The notes under the pieces: generated by a model | The model's input: the letters and a program-made list of their open reading frames with translations, nothing else | Told to the model about the DNA's origin: nothing | Databases searched by the model: none | Position numbers and translations under genes: made by a program | NCBI GenBank assembly: GCA_051294905.1 | Contig: CM119378.1 | Location: 15,314,001 to 15,378,000, forward strand | DNA length: 64,000 nucleotides | Source: Botryllus schlosseri | Taxonomy: Eukaryota | Reading direction: 5' to 3' | Part shown: positions 49,857 through 62,664 of the stretch, piece after piece | How positions within the stretch are numbered: the first letter of the stretch is position 1 | Layout of the letters: every line of letters begins with the position of its first letter

Positions 49857-50687
49857 CTATTTGAGTTTATCAAGGTCATCCTTTGACTCAATGTGGATTC
49901 TGGGTGCGCCATCATTCTTTTTCATGTAGATATTTCCATTTGCAGTCCAGAGGTATTTGAAGCTTTTTTTTTGTTTCGCAGCTCGCGCTTCAAAGAAAAC
50001 ATCTCTTCTGTAATTTGTTAAATTTTCGTTTAGGAAGAGTTGCTTCATTCCATCTACACCAAAGTCCTTGATATCCCTTTTGGCCTTTTTCACTTTGAGG
50101 AATTCTTTTTTTGGTTGCTCTGAAGAGAATTTGGCTATAACGGGTCCTGTTTTGTCCTTATTTTTGAAGCGCACTCTATAACACTGCACAATCTGTGGCG
50201 CAGTAATCTCAGCTTTCAAGGCGTTAGCTATTTTCATGATCGTTTCAGGCAGATTTTCTTTTTCGGAGTGGGGAACACCATGAAATTCCAGGTTGTTGTT
50301 TCGAGATTGCTGCTCCAGGTTGTCGTTGGTGCGTTCTAGGTCACATATTTTTTTGTTCAGGAATCTCATAGTTGACTCAATTTTTTCGTGTTCCTTGAGC
50401 ATGGATTCTTGTGAGGCGAGTTCTAGATTTTTTTTGGTCTCCTCAAATTCTGCATTCATGAATTCCATGCCAGTCTTGCAAGATTCTATCTCTTTTCGCA
50501 GCTCTTCTACGGCAGAACCAGATTTTTTGATATCTTCAGCTGTAGTCTGCAGTTCTGAGATGATGTTGCGCAGTTCCTTGTTTTCTTCCTTTAACACTTT
50601 GACTTCAGCGAGTGTATCTTCCAGTTTTCTGTCCATCTTTTTCAGTCTCAGCAAGATGACATCTTCGTTTGTTCCGGGCTTTGTCAT
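49857..50687 (-). CDS. LINE ORF1 (276 aa): coiled coil followed by an RRM/CTD-like region
   Basis: Heptad-rich N-terminus, LEQQSRNNNLEFHGVP, C-terminal LFLNENLT...FFEAR...KYLWTANGNIYMKK. Lies directly upstream of ORF2 on the same strand. Confidence 0.9.
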   Translation of the reverse strand: MTKPGTNEDVILLRLKKMDRKLEDTLAEVKVLKEENKELRNIISELQTTAEDIKKSGSAVEELRKEIESCKTGMEFMNAEFEETKKNLELASQESMLKEHEKIESTMRFLNKKICDLERTNDNLEQQSRNNNLEFHGVPHSEKENLPETIMKIANALKAEITAPQIVQCYRVRFKNKDKTGPVIAKFSSEQPKKEFLKVKKAKRDIKDFGVDGMKQLFLNENLTNYRRDVFFEARAAKQKKSFKYLWTANGNIYMKKNDGAPRIHIESKDDLDKLK

Positions 50688-52009
50688 TTTGTTTCTTGGA
50701 TGGGTATATAGCCTAGAATATAGCCTAGATTACTTTAAATCTTAATACAACCAACAACACACGAGCATGGATACACGTGAGCATAGGGAGGGTTTTGAGT
50801 GGGCCGCGAGGTAATTTCCTATTATATTATCGAAATCCTGTTATAATTTTCGAAAATGAATTGCTCAGATTGTGAACTTGCAAGGCCAACCTAAAATTAC
50901 AAGTCTGGCTGCGACACTTGGGATGTTGATGACTAATATATCAGTTCCGACGCATTGGCAGATCCACGGTCCAGTCATATTTTTAGTAAATCGTCGTACA
51001 TTACAATAAACTAATATAGTAGTGAAATTTTTCTTCACGCTTCGCGTATTTAATTGTCACACGATTTCTTGCTTGGTAGCCTACCCCCTCCTGAATATGA
51101 AAAAAACGCCTAATTTACCCGATTGAGTCTAACTGTATTCGCAATTACGGAGAAAGTCTTTTCGCGTTTGCGCTCGCAGAAAGATCGTCGACGATGAAAT
51201 ATAGGCACAAAATAATTGTCGCATATTACCGGAAACCTTCGATATCGATGTATCCAGACGCCGAATAGTCGTGTCCTTGCTAAATGAGCCCAGAGGGAGG
51301 TATACAGTAGACCCGCAATAAACTAAGTAATGATATTATTGACCTATAGGTCATTTATAGACTTTGAAAATTTTACTCGCTTGGCGCGGCTAGTGGACCG
51401 CGCACTCGTTCGTCAATTGCATGTGCGCCTTTAGCCGAAAAGGTTGGCCATCCCTGGTCTAGATTAATAATCTACCCATAGCTTAGTTATCCATCGTAAT
51501 CTAGAGTCTGTCAGCCGTCAGTAACATCGGATGCAGCAACAAAGACATACGTGCCGCCGTGCCGGCTTGTGACGTCATAATGACTACTTGTCAATCGTAG
51601 ATAACATCATAGTTGCACCAGAACGCACTTTACTCCATGCCATTGCTGCGAACAGCATTAAAATTCAGGCCTGCTGTTAAATTATGTGAAATCAGCAGAT
51701 GTGGTTGGTGCATATAGCATCTTATGAAATACGTCGGAGCCGGAGCTACTCCTCAATAACGGGCTCCAGCTCCGGCTCCGGCTGAATTTTATGTAGAGCT
51801 CCGGCTCCGGCTCCAGCTCCGGTGAAAATACACGGCTCCGGGGCTGCGGCTCCTTGCTCCGGCTCCATGTCCAAAGCCCTGGGTGCAAGCACGCTTCGAG
51901 GATGTTGATCTTGACATAGTGTTCTAAGGAAATATGATCTAATGATCTTGGTAATCGAGTCAAGCTAAACTCGAAACTTCTTTCAGGTCTGGCGGACTGG
52001 CGCTGGCCT

Positions 52010-52137
52010 AGAAGTGGGCCGTGCTACAAGTCTGCAGCTACGAAATCAAAAATAAGGAATATCGGCCTTGTGTAAATGACCATGACCAGTGTAGTCGACA
52101 AACACCATGATTATCACATACAAACAAACAAACCCTT
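52010..52137 (+). mobile_element. 3' tail of SINE family N
   Basis: gtgggccgtgctacaagtc..cagctacg...gtcgacaaacacc..(caaa)n matches 55748-55829. Confidence 0.65.
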
Positions 52138-52639
52138 CCTATCTTTTTCTTTCAAGTAGTAGTGAAGTGACCCGAGTCTGATCTGTGATTTATTAACCGT
52201 CATCAAGGTTTACTTTACAGAGAGTCTTTATTTTCATCCAACAATATAGGCTATTTCATTATAAAACATGATAATTCATCTTCGTTCAGAATTTCTATCA
52301 CCGTGTTGAAAGTATAATTTGACTGATGTGCATTTGATGTCATTTGGTACTGGCATCAGACGATAGGTTATCTTTAGTGCTCTGTGTGATACGTAGTGTA
52401 CGAGCATAGCAATTTACAGCGTAGCATCGAGCACCAGCCATAAGAATTGCAATGTGTTTTATGTTACTCGTCCTTAGTAACTTGTGCTAAAATTATGTTG
52501 CTTTGTCTTAGCTGCTTACCGTTATCCTTCCTGCCAGCGCCCATAAGTGTCGTAAGCTGCGTTCCCGAGCTCAGAATAATTCGTGTGCCAGATTTTCATG
52601 ACAGTCGTTTTCATTCAGTGTGTTTGTGTGATGTCTGCT

Positions 52640-52785
52640 CTTTATTACATCGCCTTGGCCCAGGGGATGCCTGATTTCAAAGACTATTCCAAGTCGTTTC
52701 AACACCTTCCTATCTTTTCATCGTATCGCAGTCATGTGGAGTTTTGAAGTGATGAAAATTCTTGATAAAACTGAACTGAAATTGG
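52640..52785 (+). mobile_element. LINE family E 3'UTR core with type b tail
   Basis: acatcgccttggcccagg...ccttcctatcttttcatcgtatcgcagtcatgtg..gttttgaa.tgatgaaaat; tail matches the reverse complement of 62040-62100. Confidence 0.7.
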
Positions 52786-53564
52786 ACAGTGTGTTTTTGT
52801 GTAGGCTATATGCCTTAAATTGGAATTCATCCTTTCTTCCAACATAGGCTTTGCAAATGTTGATTGGAAAATGCAATCCTGCCCGATTGTAATCACCAAA
52901 CAATTGCCGCGACGCAAGCTATACTCGAACGGAACCCTTTTGTGTTTGTCGTGAACGACGAGTTACTGCGTGAATACGGACTTATTGTGTGTATTCTTAC
53001 CTGCTTGATACACTCGTATTCTCGAAATGTAGCGCAATTTCTCTCGTGGAAGTCTAGTTTCACTTAGCTCATACGTCGAACCACGTTCTCATCTCATTCT
53101 CATTTGCTTGGTAATATCTCATGGTGGGTCGCAACATGAAACATGCATATCAAAAGCGGGTTGCAAACTGAAAAGGGTTGGGAAGGACTGCTCTAAAGGA
53201 AACCAAGATTTGTCGGGTCAGTCAATGTCTTGGAGCGCGAAAATAAAATGCGCCTATTTTTATGTTGAATAATATAATAATCTTGACCCGTCTTCGAGCT
53301 TTGCCCCTCCCCATTGAGAGGTTTGCGGTACGGCAGTTACCTGGCTACCTGGACCGGTTCTTATGACAATTGAAACGACCTCCTAATCGCTAAATATTAT
53401 ACATATGTTACTCATATATCTCTTTTCTAAAAATGAGAAAGAAATGTAAGAATTATGCCCATTCTGACAGAAGTGTAAGTATGACCTATCGTTTAATAAT
53501 AAAATAGGATTCAATCCTATAATATATTTACTATAATAATCAAATTATGTCTCATTGATGTCTT

Positions 53565-56500
53565 TCAGTGCCGATTTTCAAAAATTGCGTTGAAGGCGTG
53601 CGGAACATATGTTAATCCAAATAGTCCTGTGTCGAAAGAGGGAGGCGCACATTTTGGATCAGGTTTCACTGAGAATTTTTGAAGTAGGCTGGCGAGGAAT
53701 ATGAACATTTCCATCTTCACTAGCTGGATGCCGAGACAATTTCGCGGGCCAATTGAGAAAGGGATCACACGATCACACGAAATGTATTTTCCTTCGGCAT
53801 CGATGAATCTCTCCGGACGGAACTCCTTCGGATTTTCAAAGTCATCTTCATTGTAGTGGATGGCCCATATATTTACCATGACCTGAAACATCATTTAAGC
53901 CAATGAAGTAAGTTGCAGTGGTAATATATCTATCCGGTGTGGGCAGAATGGTCAAAGTAGTCAGAGTTGCTACTCAAGCATAAGTAACGGCGTAAATTTC
54001 TACTCAATTACAACTAAGTAGAGATTTCCAAGATGTGTCAAAAGTACTTTTATAGTTGAAGTAGAGAATGAAATGTGCGAGAAGTGATCAAGTAAATATT
54101 TTTGAAAAGTATAGATTTGGTCGAGGGTACGCGTTTATATTTAACTGTTGATTATTATAAATGACTTCATTAGAAATCCCAGGGTGCGCCTCTGCAATTA
54201 ACGCAAAATGACGAAGGATGTTACAAATAGGTACAATCTTCAAAAACACCAGGGATATATAGAAGTCAGTCATTCCGGAGTTCTATATATCCCTGGAAAC
54301 ACGTTCAGAAATTACTGTGATGGGTATTTCACGAGGTTGTTGCGACCATTTTACACATCACAGTCACAAAGTGATGAAATGCCTACATCCCAAACCACTC
54401 TGTACTTTCAAAAATATAAAGTAGTTAGGCATAAAAGATGTTCAAGTCAAAGTGGAAGTAGTCAAAAACATTAACACTCGAGAAATAAGTGCAACTAGGC
54501 AAAATCTACGCGAAGAGAGTGTGTAATCACACGCCAAAGGTGTTACACTAAAACAGAACTTAACTCAGAACTATATCGCGGTTATAAATCCGACTTGCCT
54601 ATACGTGCAAGCATCATTTGGATTAAAATGTTGTGTTTGATTTATACCTTGGTGTAAGTATGAGGTATGCTCTGGTTACTTTTACCACGGATGTATATTC
54701 ACGCCCGTATCTTGGGTGGTACATATTGGTCTGGTATACATTTTTTCGCCAGGAGTGTTGAATATTTCGTAAGGGTAGAAGTATACATCGTTACTGGCCA
54801 CCTCTGGATGGAAGCCATACTTGATTATAGCTATAGGCGCGAAGGCCTCACCGCAGTATCTTTTGGGATCTTGAACTTTCCTAGTTTTACATCAGCGGTC
54901 GTCCTTCTAGGCGCCATCAGCGGAAGGAGAGGGCGATGTCGTAGTACCTCTTGAACCCACGCGCAAAAGAACGGCATATGTTCGCGGTGGCGCATACTCG
55001 GGTGATCCTGTCCTAAAAGCAATAAATATATGTTAATCGCGTAAAACGCCCGGAAAGAAGAGGCGGTGTGAAATCGCTGCATGTAGGTACAGGTCGGTAT
55101 TAACCAGACACTCTTTATCAACCCTACCTATATGTCAGTGGTAGCTCAGCAGTGTTGAATGAAACTACTCACTCTTCAGGCCTTCATTTTCTACTTCCTC
55201 TTGAAGTAGTTTTGACATGTCTTGTAAATAGCTACTTCTACTTGTAATTGAGTATATATTTATGACGTGACTAGTTGAGTACCATGCTGAATAATTTGAC
55301 CACATATTGGCCTATACGTTGAAATATATGGAATTCGATTCACCAATCACGCTGTCAATTTCTTCCTGAAGTCTTTCCTGATATTGAGGCCAGTGTAGCA
55401 AGGAAAGCAGTGACCACCTTATGGAATTACTTGTTGTATCCGTACCGGCGACGAAAAGATCACGGACGTAGTGATATAACTGCCTTTCCTGGAGTTAAAA
55501 ATATAGAGATGTTCAGAGATGTATACATGACAAACAAGCCTTGATGAGTCAGGGGTGAAGACGGCTTATTCTGCGTGGCGAGATAGCGTATAGTGGTATA
55601 AGCAACAGCTGCAACACCAATAGGTTGTGGATTCAAGTCTGACCGAGGTCGACTCTAGAATTCCTACACAAGTGTTGAAGATTATCTAGGCTCCTATCCT
55701 CGCCATCTCATCCGCGTAAGCGGTGTCTTAAAAAGCTATAAGTAGTAGTGGGCCGTGCTGCAAGTCGACAGCTACGGAGATATCGACCTGATGTCGACAA
55801 ACGCCGTGAATACCACAAACAAATAAACCGCTTATTCTGCTTATGACGCGAAAAAAGGTCAACTCAACGCAAAGTGGAAACGCGGTGGAAACGCGGAAAC
55901 CGGTTTTCCAATCACTTCCTCGGAAAGCCTCCCATACAATTTTTTGGAGTACTCAAGTATGTGTGGTAAATTAATATTAGGCCTACTCAATTACCCAATT
56001 TCCCCTCCAATTTAATTGTACTCTATGAAGTGATTTCTTTGAATACTGCTATACCTGTGTACCGTATACTTGTGGTAGGCCCTATATTGGGTCTAGCTCG
56101 CAAATTGAGACTTATACCAACGTAGAAAATTTCCGACAACTCGTCTATTCATGTAGCATGCAAAATAATTTGTTCGAGATTTTACATTCTCACAAATGGT
56201 GACACTATTTTATAGACAGCATAATTTTCAATATAGCTCTGAGCGATAACATTTCTTTGTAGTCAGCGATCAGCATTAAGGGATTTCTAAATTCTCGCAC
56301 TTACCGTAAAGATATCCTGACTTTTGTCCTTATTCATCTCATTGATGAAAGCGTCGATAAAATCTCTTGATACCCCCTCCTTGAATGTGCGTTTGTGGTC
56401 CTGAACTATGCCACCAAGTGTGTCTGTTATGCAAGAGGAAGCGGTATTTTACGGAACTGGTAGTGAAGCCCGTTTTATGAATAAAGTGGTCTGTGTGGTC

Positions 56501-59500
56501 AAACGGTCGAACCGCTTCCTGGATCAGAGCTTCATACAATTTCCGAGTCGTCTCAGCTTCGCCGAATCACAAGATTTGACACAGCAGGGCCCCTTATGCA
56601 AATTTCTCCATCGCATAGTATTTACCTTTATACATGAGGATCAGAGAATCGGTTTTTGGAGCTTTATGAAGGTCCCGGCATTATGAAGCTACAAAGCCGA
56701 TTTTGTGTCGCAAGAAGGAACATCTCAACAATCTCGGAATATTTCTCATATGTTTTGTGCTGTTGTTTTCGGTTATTTATATCCGAATTTATATGTCAAC
56801 ATCACTATCGGTATTGATAATCGACACTAATTCGAACGGATATTTCTACATTTTATACGTTATCCGTTGTGGACACATTGGACTTATTCCATTTCAGTTA
56901 TCCTATCGCTACAATCATAGCAAGTATACCAAATATGGAGTCAAGGTCCTCAAATTGACGCTTGTAAGCTGCCCTGAACATCGGGAAAAATCGAAAGGTA
57001 GGAATCAATGTCATCAACGCCAACAAAGTCGCATCGATGCTATCTGAAAAGCTAAAAGTATATGGTATCGATATTGACGTCACCAGGCCATGTCTTGCAT
57101 AATTGCAGGCCTGCATCAGAATGTAAACAAACCTTCTGCGCAGTCTTGAAACAATATTACGAAATCTTGGGTCATCGTAAGAGAACCTGGAGCCCATGAC
57201 GATACTGCAAATTATGTTGGACACTGCATTTGTCAGCACTTCCTGGCAATTTACCGGTTTGTTCTTAATCTTTTCGAATTCGTGAATCATGTGCTCAGCC
57301 TCCGTGTGAATCCTAGCCTCCAAGCTGCTCTTGCCGAGACCAAATCTAAAAAAATAAGCAATAGGATTCGACATGTCATGCTTCTCTTAAGATCATTCCA
57401 GCTATCAAATCCTGTAATGAAAACAGAGTGCTGGGCTTTCTCCTGATTACCGCTCACCAATTGATTGTAATAATGCGTGTCCGTATATCAGTCATGCTAC
57501 CAGTTTACCTCACAGCACAGAAAAGATGGGATAGTGATTTAAATGCAACGTCGAGTAAAGGTATATTCAAACCGTATTATTTGAATTACTGTAATGACAA
57601 TATGGGTTCGTGTTTAAAAAGAACTGTATGACGATGATGAGACATCATAAAACTTGAAACAGTAGGTCACAAGCAATAATATCAAATATACATGAAATAA
57701 AGACCAATGCGGCAACGTATGGCTTAATAATGTAATTAAAAAACACTAGACGAAGATTAGTGATGACAATGAGTTTCCGCTTGAAAAAATTCGGCTAATA
57801 AATAGGAATATATAGCCCAATTGTATAATGATGTTCTGTAGTCCTTGCGCGTCTCTGTGTACACGACGAAGTCAGCTGTACTGGGAGCTAGTTAGCTGTA
57901 TGGGGTTTTTGCAACATTTTTTACAGCTTCCGACAGCTTCCTATAAATACTCAGTCAGAAGTTTTGTAGTAGGCCTATGGTGTTTTAAGCTGTCTGGAGT
58001 AATCTTATATTGCAAATTTTGGCAACTTTTCTCCATTTTTTCATGCAACATTTCTGATTTTTCATGCTTTTTTTGCAACTTTTTTCAATTTTTCATGCAA
58101 CTAACTTCTTACTGGAAATATTTGGCACTATATGTAAATAGATCGCTTGATTAATTCACTGTCGTTTAAATTTGAGGTCCTCTCTTGACGGACATGCAGG
58201 CTAGCCCGCCGAAAATTATATTTTCGCTGGGTCAATTTTTCAGGCTATTGACTTTGTCGAAATCGCCAACACTGAGTTTTGTTACAGTGTCTTGGATACG
58301 GATCGATTCCAGTATCTCATGCCCTAATAATTTCAAGGAACTTGTCCATAAATGCAAATTTTCAGTGCGACGTTTGTGAAAAATAAATGCAACATTTTAC
58401 TGCTAATTTTGTGAAAAATATAAATGCAACTTTCCACGGATTTGACTACAACAAAAACTTACCCTAAATTGAGAATCAACTTATAGAATAAGTATTCAAG
58501 TTGAATAAATTATACTGCAATGTATGTGGTTCATCAGAAAAGTAAACGGTCCGGTCAAATTTTAGTTTCGTATTCGTGCCACCGTCAGCGTGACCCATTT
58601 ATCGAAGACTCCGCTAACAATGTTCGCGCCCCTACACAAGGGTTTAACGACACTAATTTAATATGTCGGTCTCTTTCAGTTGAATGGAACTCACCCTGAT
58701 AGAGTGACTAATCCAAATCTCCGAAGAGTTTTCCATGTTGGTCCGGAGTCCATCATTATGATTCCAAGACCCTCTGATATTCTCTTGGTAACAAGCAAAT
58801 CAGGCCGCCCAGAAAACTTCTCGCTATTCTTCACAAGTGCCTGTACGAAAAATGTCGCGCTGGTAATAATCATTGTTATAACAACAGCTTATTACGATGC
58901 ATCAATATAATCGATAATTTTGTTCCGGGAAAGACGACTGAACGTACATATGAGGTATGTTGATATTTAAGATGGAGTAAAATCCGGGAAAAGGTCAATT
59001 TTTCACAACATTGCGGTTGGTTGACTAAAAAAATAGATCCACTTTCGTTCGAACCACGAATTTCCTATTGAGTGTCACTCATGCCTATTTTCACTCGATT
59101 CCATCCACTATCTTAGCTCTAAAAGCTGTAAAGGAGGACGAATTGCCAAAAAGGAGGGCATTTAGGCGTCCTAGGGGAAATTTTCAAAAACCTGAAAAAG
59201 GAGGACAAATCCTCCTAAAGGAGGACGTATAGGGACCCTACGTTTTCGGAAAGACAAAAGTCTAACAATACATGGACGCAAATCCCCACTCCGATCCTAT
59301 TGCTATGCGAATAGTCTAACATGTGTCATTCATTTTAGCCGCGCAATAAATATACTACATGCCATTTCCATATTACTATTGACTGCTATATTTTCGCGTG
59401 AGGAAATGTTAATGTATCCGTATGCATAATATAGTTCACTGTGACGTTGCCAATTCAAATGAAATGTTAGAAGCTAAATGATTTGTTAATGGAAGATTTG

Positions 59501-60294
59501 TACATAGTCTTTCATATCGGGCGACGTGCTGAAATATAACTTGGTGTGATGAATGTTTAAGTTCGATTTATTTGCAGAGTCTTATTGGTGACCGAGTATA
59601 TAGGCTTGTAACATGTCACCTGTTGCACGCAGTGATCGACCAATGCGTTATGTATATTTAGCTATCAATATAATCGTCGCTTGACCGATGTGATGGGCAT
59701 TGTTCAAGAATCCTATAATGAACATACGTTGAATACTTTTCCTAATCGGAATCTGCAGAAAGTATCTGCACCGTGCCATCTTCTTTTGTAGTCAGTATGT
59801 AATATGAATTGCAAATACGGCATCCGCCCTTGATATTCGATTTATAGGCTACATATAGTATAGCGTTATTCATTTTCATATGCCTATGCCTATATAAGGC
59901 CCATTCTATGCGAATCGCATAATTAAGGGATATCATAAAGGTTATCCATTGGTATATTGACTGTATAAAGTTATTTAAACCTATGAAACGGCGTTTCCGA
60001 AATCTGAAGAAGCAGCATGAAATTGTTGAATCTTACTTCGCGCGCTGACTGGTAATCGTTGATAATAACCCACTCCCTCCAACCCATCTGTATGGAAAAC
60101 ACGCTTCCATATTTCAAGGAGTGATGCAAGTATGTTATTGACGGATTCGGGGACATCGTCAGCATCGATCCTATACCAGGCAACCCAAGTGGCCCTGCCG
60201 GATAGTTTCGCCCATAGCTCTTTTTCAGCAGATATCGATATGTGTAAATCAAAATTAACGCAGTTAAACCTACAACGGCTAAAGCAGCATCCAT
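53565..60294 (-). CDS. Cytochrome P450, CYP2 clan, 493 aa, 8 exons
   Basis: Exons 60294-60037, 58840-58695, 57345-57133, 57051-56930, 56423-56305, 55488-55344, 55012-54852, 53882-53565 (1482 nt, phases agree). N-terminal anchor with PAGPLGLPGIG, W..LRRF, RDFID, I-helix AGTDTT, K-helix EVLR, PERF, heme motif FSIGPRNCLG. Confidence 0.95.
55575..55829 (+). mobile_element. tRNA-derived SINE family N with an 11-bp TSD, in a CYP intron
   Basis: Degenerate A box tagcgtatagtgg and B box ggattcaagtc; caaacaaa tail; exact TSD gcttattctgc (55564-55574, 55830-55840). Confidence 0.8.
59090..59240 (-). mobile_element. Family I-related hAT end in CYP intron 1
   Basis: aggaggac repeats ending gggacccta are the reverse complement of the 26514 left end; left boundary approximate. 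Confidence 0.55.
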
Positions 60295-61300
60295 TTCTAT
60301 ATTTTGTTGTGCGATAGAAAAATAAAGTCATAATTAACCGACCCGTTTAGGAATCCTTAGAACAAGGTATCCCTGAACCCGCGACAAGCAGAAACAGGTC
60401 GAAGTGATGGCAATGTTGAGCAAGCGACAAGATCTTGAGAACGACGAACTGACGATAAAAATAAGATACGACCAGCATCAAACAATATAATCTGAACGGG
60501 AACACCTTTCGGATGTAGGGATACAAAAGTAAAAGCCAGCCGTTATTCATGCAATACAATAAAGTGTAAAAGCTATGCAAACCTATACATCGTTTTTTAG
60601 TCAATTTCATTATAAGCGAAAAAGAGATATTTAAAAGGAGCGACAGCAAAAGATAGATGTTATATTCTTCACGTCAATGTTTCCCACACAGTCACACCTT
60701 CATCGTCCCACGTGATGTAGGCAACTAGCGTTGGCAGAGTTGACTGCGAATGTACATTGTACACAATATACTTATTTCGTCAGTATGCAAAACCTGGTAT
60801 CCCGCGGTTTAAATTTTATCGGTTCTCTCGTCCGTGTACGGTACACTGTACGACGTACGTACAGTCGCAGGTTACAGTGACTTTTCAATCTTTTCATGGT
60901 TGCTTTGCTATATAATGTTAATAAACTGTACCGATACTTATGGTCTATCTATATAAACGGAATCACAACTGAAGACAAAGGCAATTCTAACAAACACACT
61001 TCCAGCAATCTCCCTTGCAAAGCCATCGAGGTGCAGTTTACTCCGTTTGTGACCAGCGATCAGCTGATCACCAACCGCGCAGCGGACATACCCCAGGCTG
61101 CTTGATTGAGCAATGAGCATATGTTATTGTGTATATTGTGTAGTGTAATCGTGTGCCGTCGCAAAAGTTCACGAGATCGGTTGTGTGCTAGGAAGGGTCA
61201 AAGGAAATAATGTTTTACTTTGTAAACACCATTACTGCCAATCAGCTATATTTCAGCAAATGATCGAGAGACACCATCTATGGGTTATAGGTGCGTATAA

Positions 61301-61887
61301 CTATAGATAAGTAAGATAACTAACTTACGGATAGATACGCAACACCCGTCGTCACGCTCTCTTGCCCGGAGGAAATTACTGCTCAGCAATCTGAACCTGG
61401 CATAATTGCTAATCCCATAGCTGACGACCTGAGCGCTCAAATTAAATAGAGTTGATCTTATTTGAAAGCTACTGTCGCGTTGATTCTGAAAATATACATT
61501 AAAAGTTCATTAAGGGGATGGAACCAGCTCGAAATAGCCTTCAAAGTCTGAAAATCGGCATTGTTGCTAACAATAGCAGCGACGCAGCACAATGACCATA
61601 ACAATGACCCTTGCATGGTTGCGATCGTTGACAACAATCAGATTTTTAGACTTTGAGGTGTATTTTGAGTGGATTCCGCTGCCCTGGTCAGATTTCAATG
61701 TATATTTTCGAAATCAGTGCGACAGTAGCTTTTAAATAAGATCAACTTTATTTAATTTGAGCACTCAGGTCATCAGCAATGGGATTAGCAATTATGCTGC
61801 GTTCAGAATGCTGAGTAGTAATTTCCTCCGGGCAAGCAAGCGTGACGACGGGTGTTGCGTATCTATCCGTAGGTTAGTTATCTATAG
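61301..61887. mobile_element. 587-bp foldback element, family D (superfamily unassigned)
   Basis: Inverted arms of about 270 bp around a spacer of about 55 nt; termini ctatagataa / ttatctatag. Flanks read tataa on both sides (or ata if one more base is TIR). Confidence 0.92.
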
Positions 61888-62012
61888 TATAACAAAGCTC
61901 CACTAGATATAGTCAATTCTAATTTAAATTTACAATACGAAGTTTTCCAAGTATCCGTGCATAGCTGATTGCTTAAGTAATATTTTCATTGTGTTAACAT
62001 TAATATGCATAT

Positions 62013-62165
62013 CAATCAATCAATCAATCAATCAATCAGGTTTATTAATATTTTCATCGTTTCAAAACATCACAAGACTGCGATACAATGAAAAGATAGG
62101 AAGGTGTCGAAACAACTTGGAGTAGCCATTAAGATCAGACACCCACCTTAGCCTAGCCTTAGCCT
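62013..62165 (-). mobile_element. LINE family E 3'UTR core with type b end and (ATTG)n tail
   Basis: (caat)n run then tttattaatattttcatcgtttcaaaacatcacaagactgcgatacaatgaaaagataggaaggtgtcg, sharing the core with 358-500. Confidence 0.85.
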
Positions 62166-62664
62166 AGCCATAGTGACGTCACGAGTATCGGATCATTTTA
62201 TCGTCTTTTATGCTCGGGAAATTGATACGGCTGGTATAATTTGACGCACTCGATATATTATACCCAGGGCAATTTTTTCGACCTAAAAACGGAAGATTTT
62301 GACCTTAAAAATCAGAATTTTGACATTTTTTGATCATAGAAAAACTTAATTTTGGCCAAATTTTTACTTAACGTATGCAAATCAGGTGTTTTCCCACATG
62401 ATGTTAGAATTGTACTACTTATCTTCATTTCTGGTTCGAACTGTCTGTCCTAACGAAGTAGTTTGGCATGGAAAAACTTTTTTGACTCAAAAACTGACAA
62501 ATTTATTTATGCGAAATCTGGCCCTATGAAGAATTCCAGTAGACATCACGTCTTATGGTAGAATAAATAATTAAAATTTGTTGTAGTAGCCTACAAAGAA
62601 AGGTACTGTCCTACATTCTCGGGTAGAAAGTGTCTGTCCTTACAAAGCAGCTTGCCAAGAATGG

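Larger units (their letters stand above)
46621..50785 (-). mobile_element. Full-length two-ORF non-LTR retrotransposon of the CR1/L2 group
   Basis: ORF1 and ORF2 uninterrupted, 47-nt spacer, 3'UTR with actagatgacct..ggtc motif, AATAAA near 46627-46632. 5' end approximate. Confidence 0.92.
46577..51456. mobile_element. hAT MITE family G, middle shell, interrupted by the LINE
   Basis: Termini catgggtggccaacc / ggttggccatccctg; the subterminal ggcccgcg motif continues across the LINE (cccgcg|...|ggttttgagtgggccgcgag). TSD imperfect. Confidence 0.75.
46412..51881. mobile_element. GGCTCC-rich hAT MITE family F, outer shell of a three-level nest
   Basis: Termini cagggcttcgga / tccaaagccctg; ggctccggctccagctcc arrays at 46440-46545 and 51735-51870. 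Flanks ggtgcaac(tg) / ggtgcaag approximate an 8-bp TSD. Confidence 0.75.

Noticed and set aside
57043-57046. CYP exon 4 acceptor at tttcag|atagc
   Set aside because: Wrong phase; the acceptor 8 nt upstream (exon start 57051) keeps the frame.
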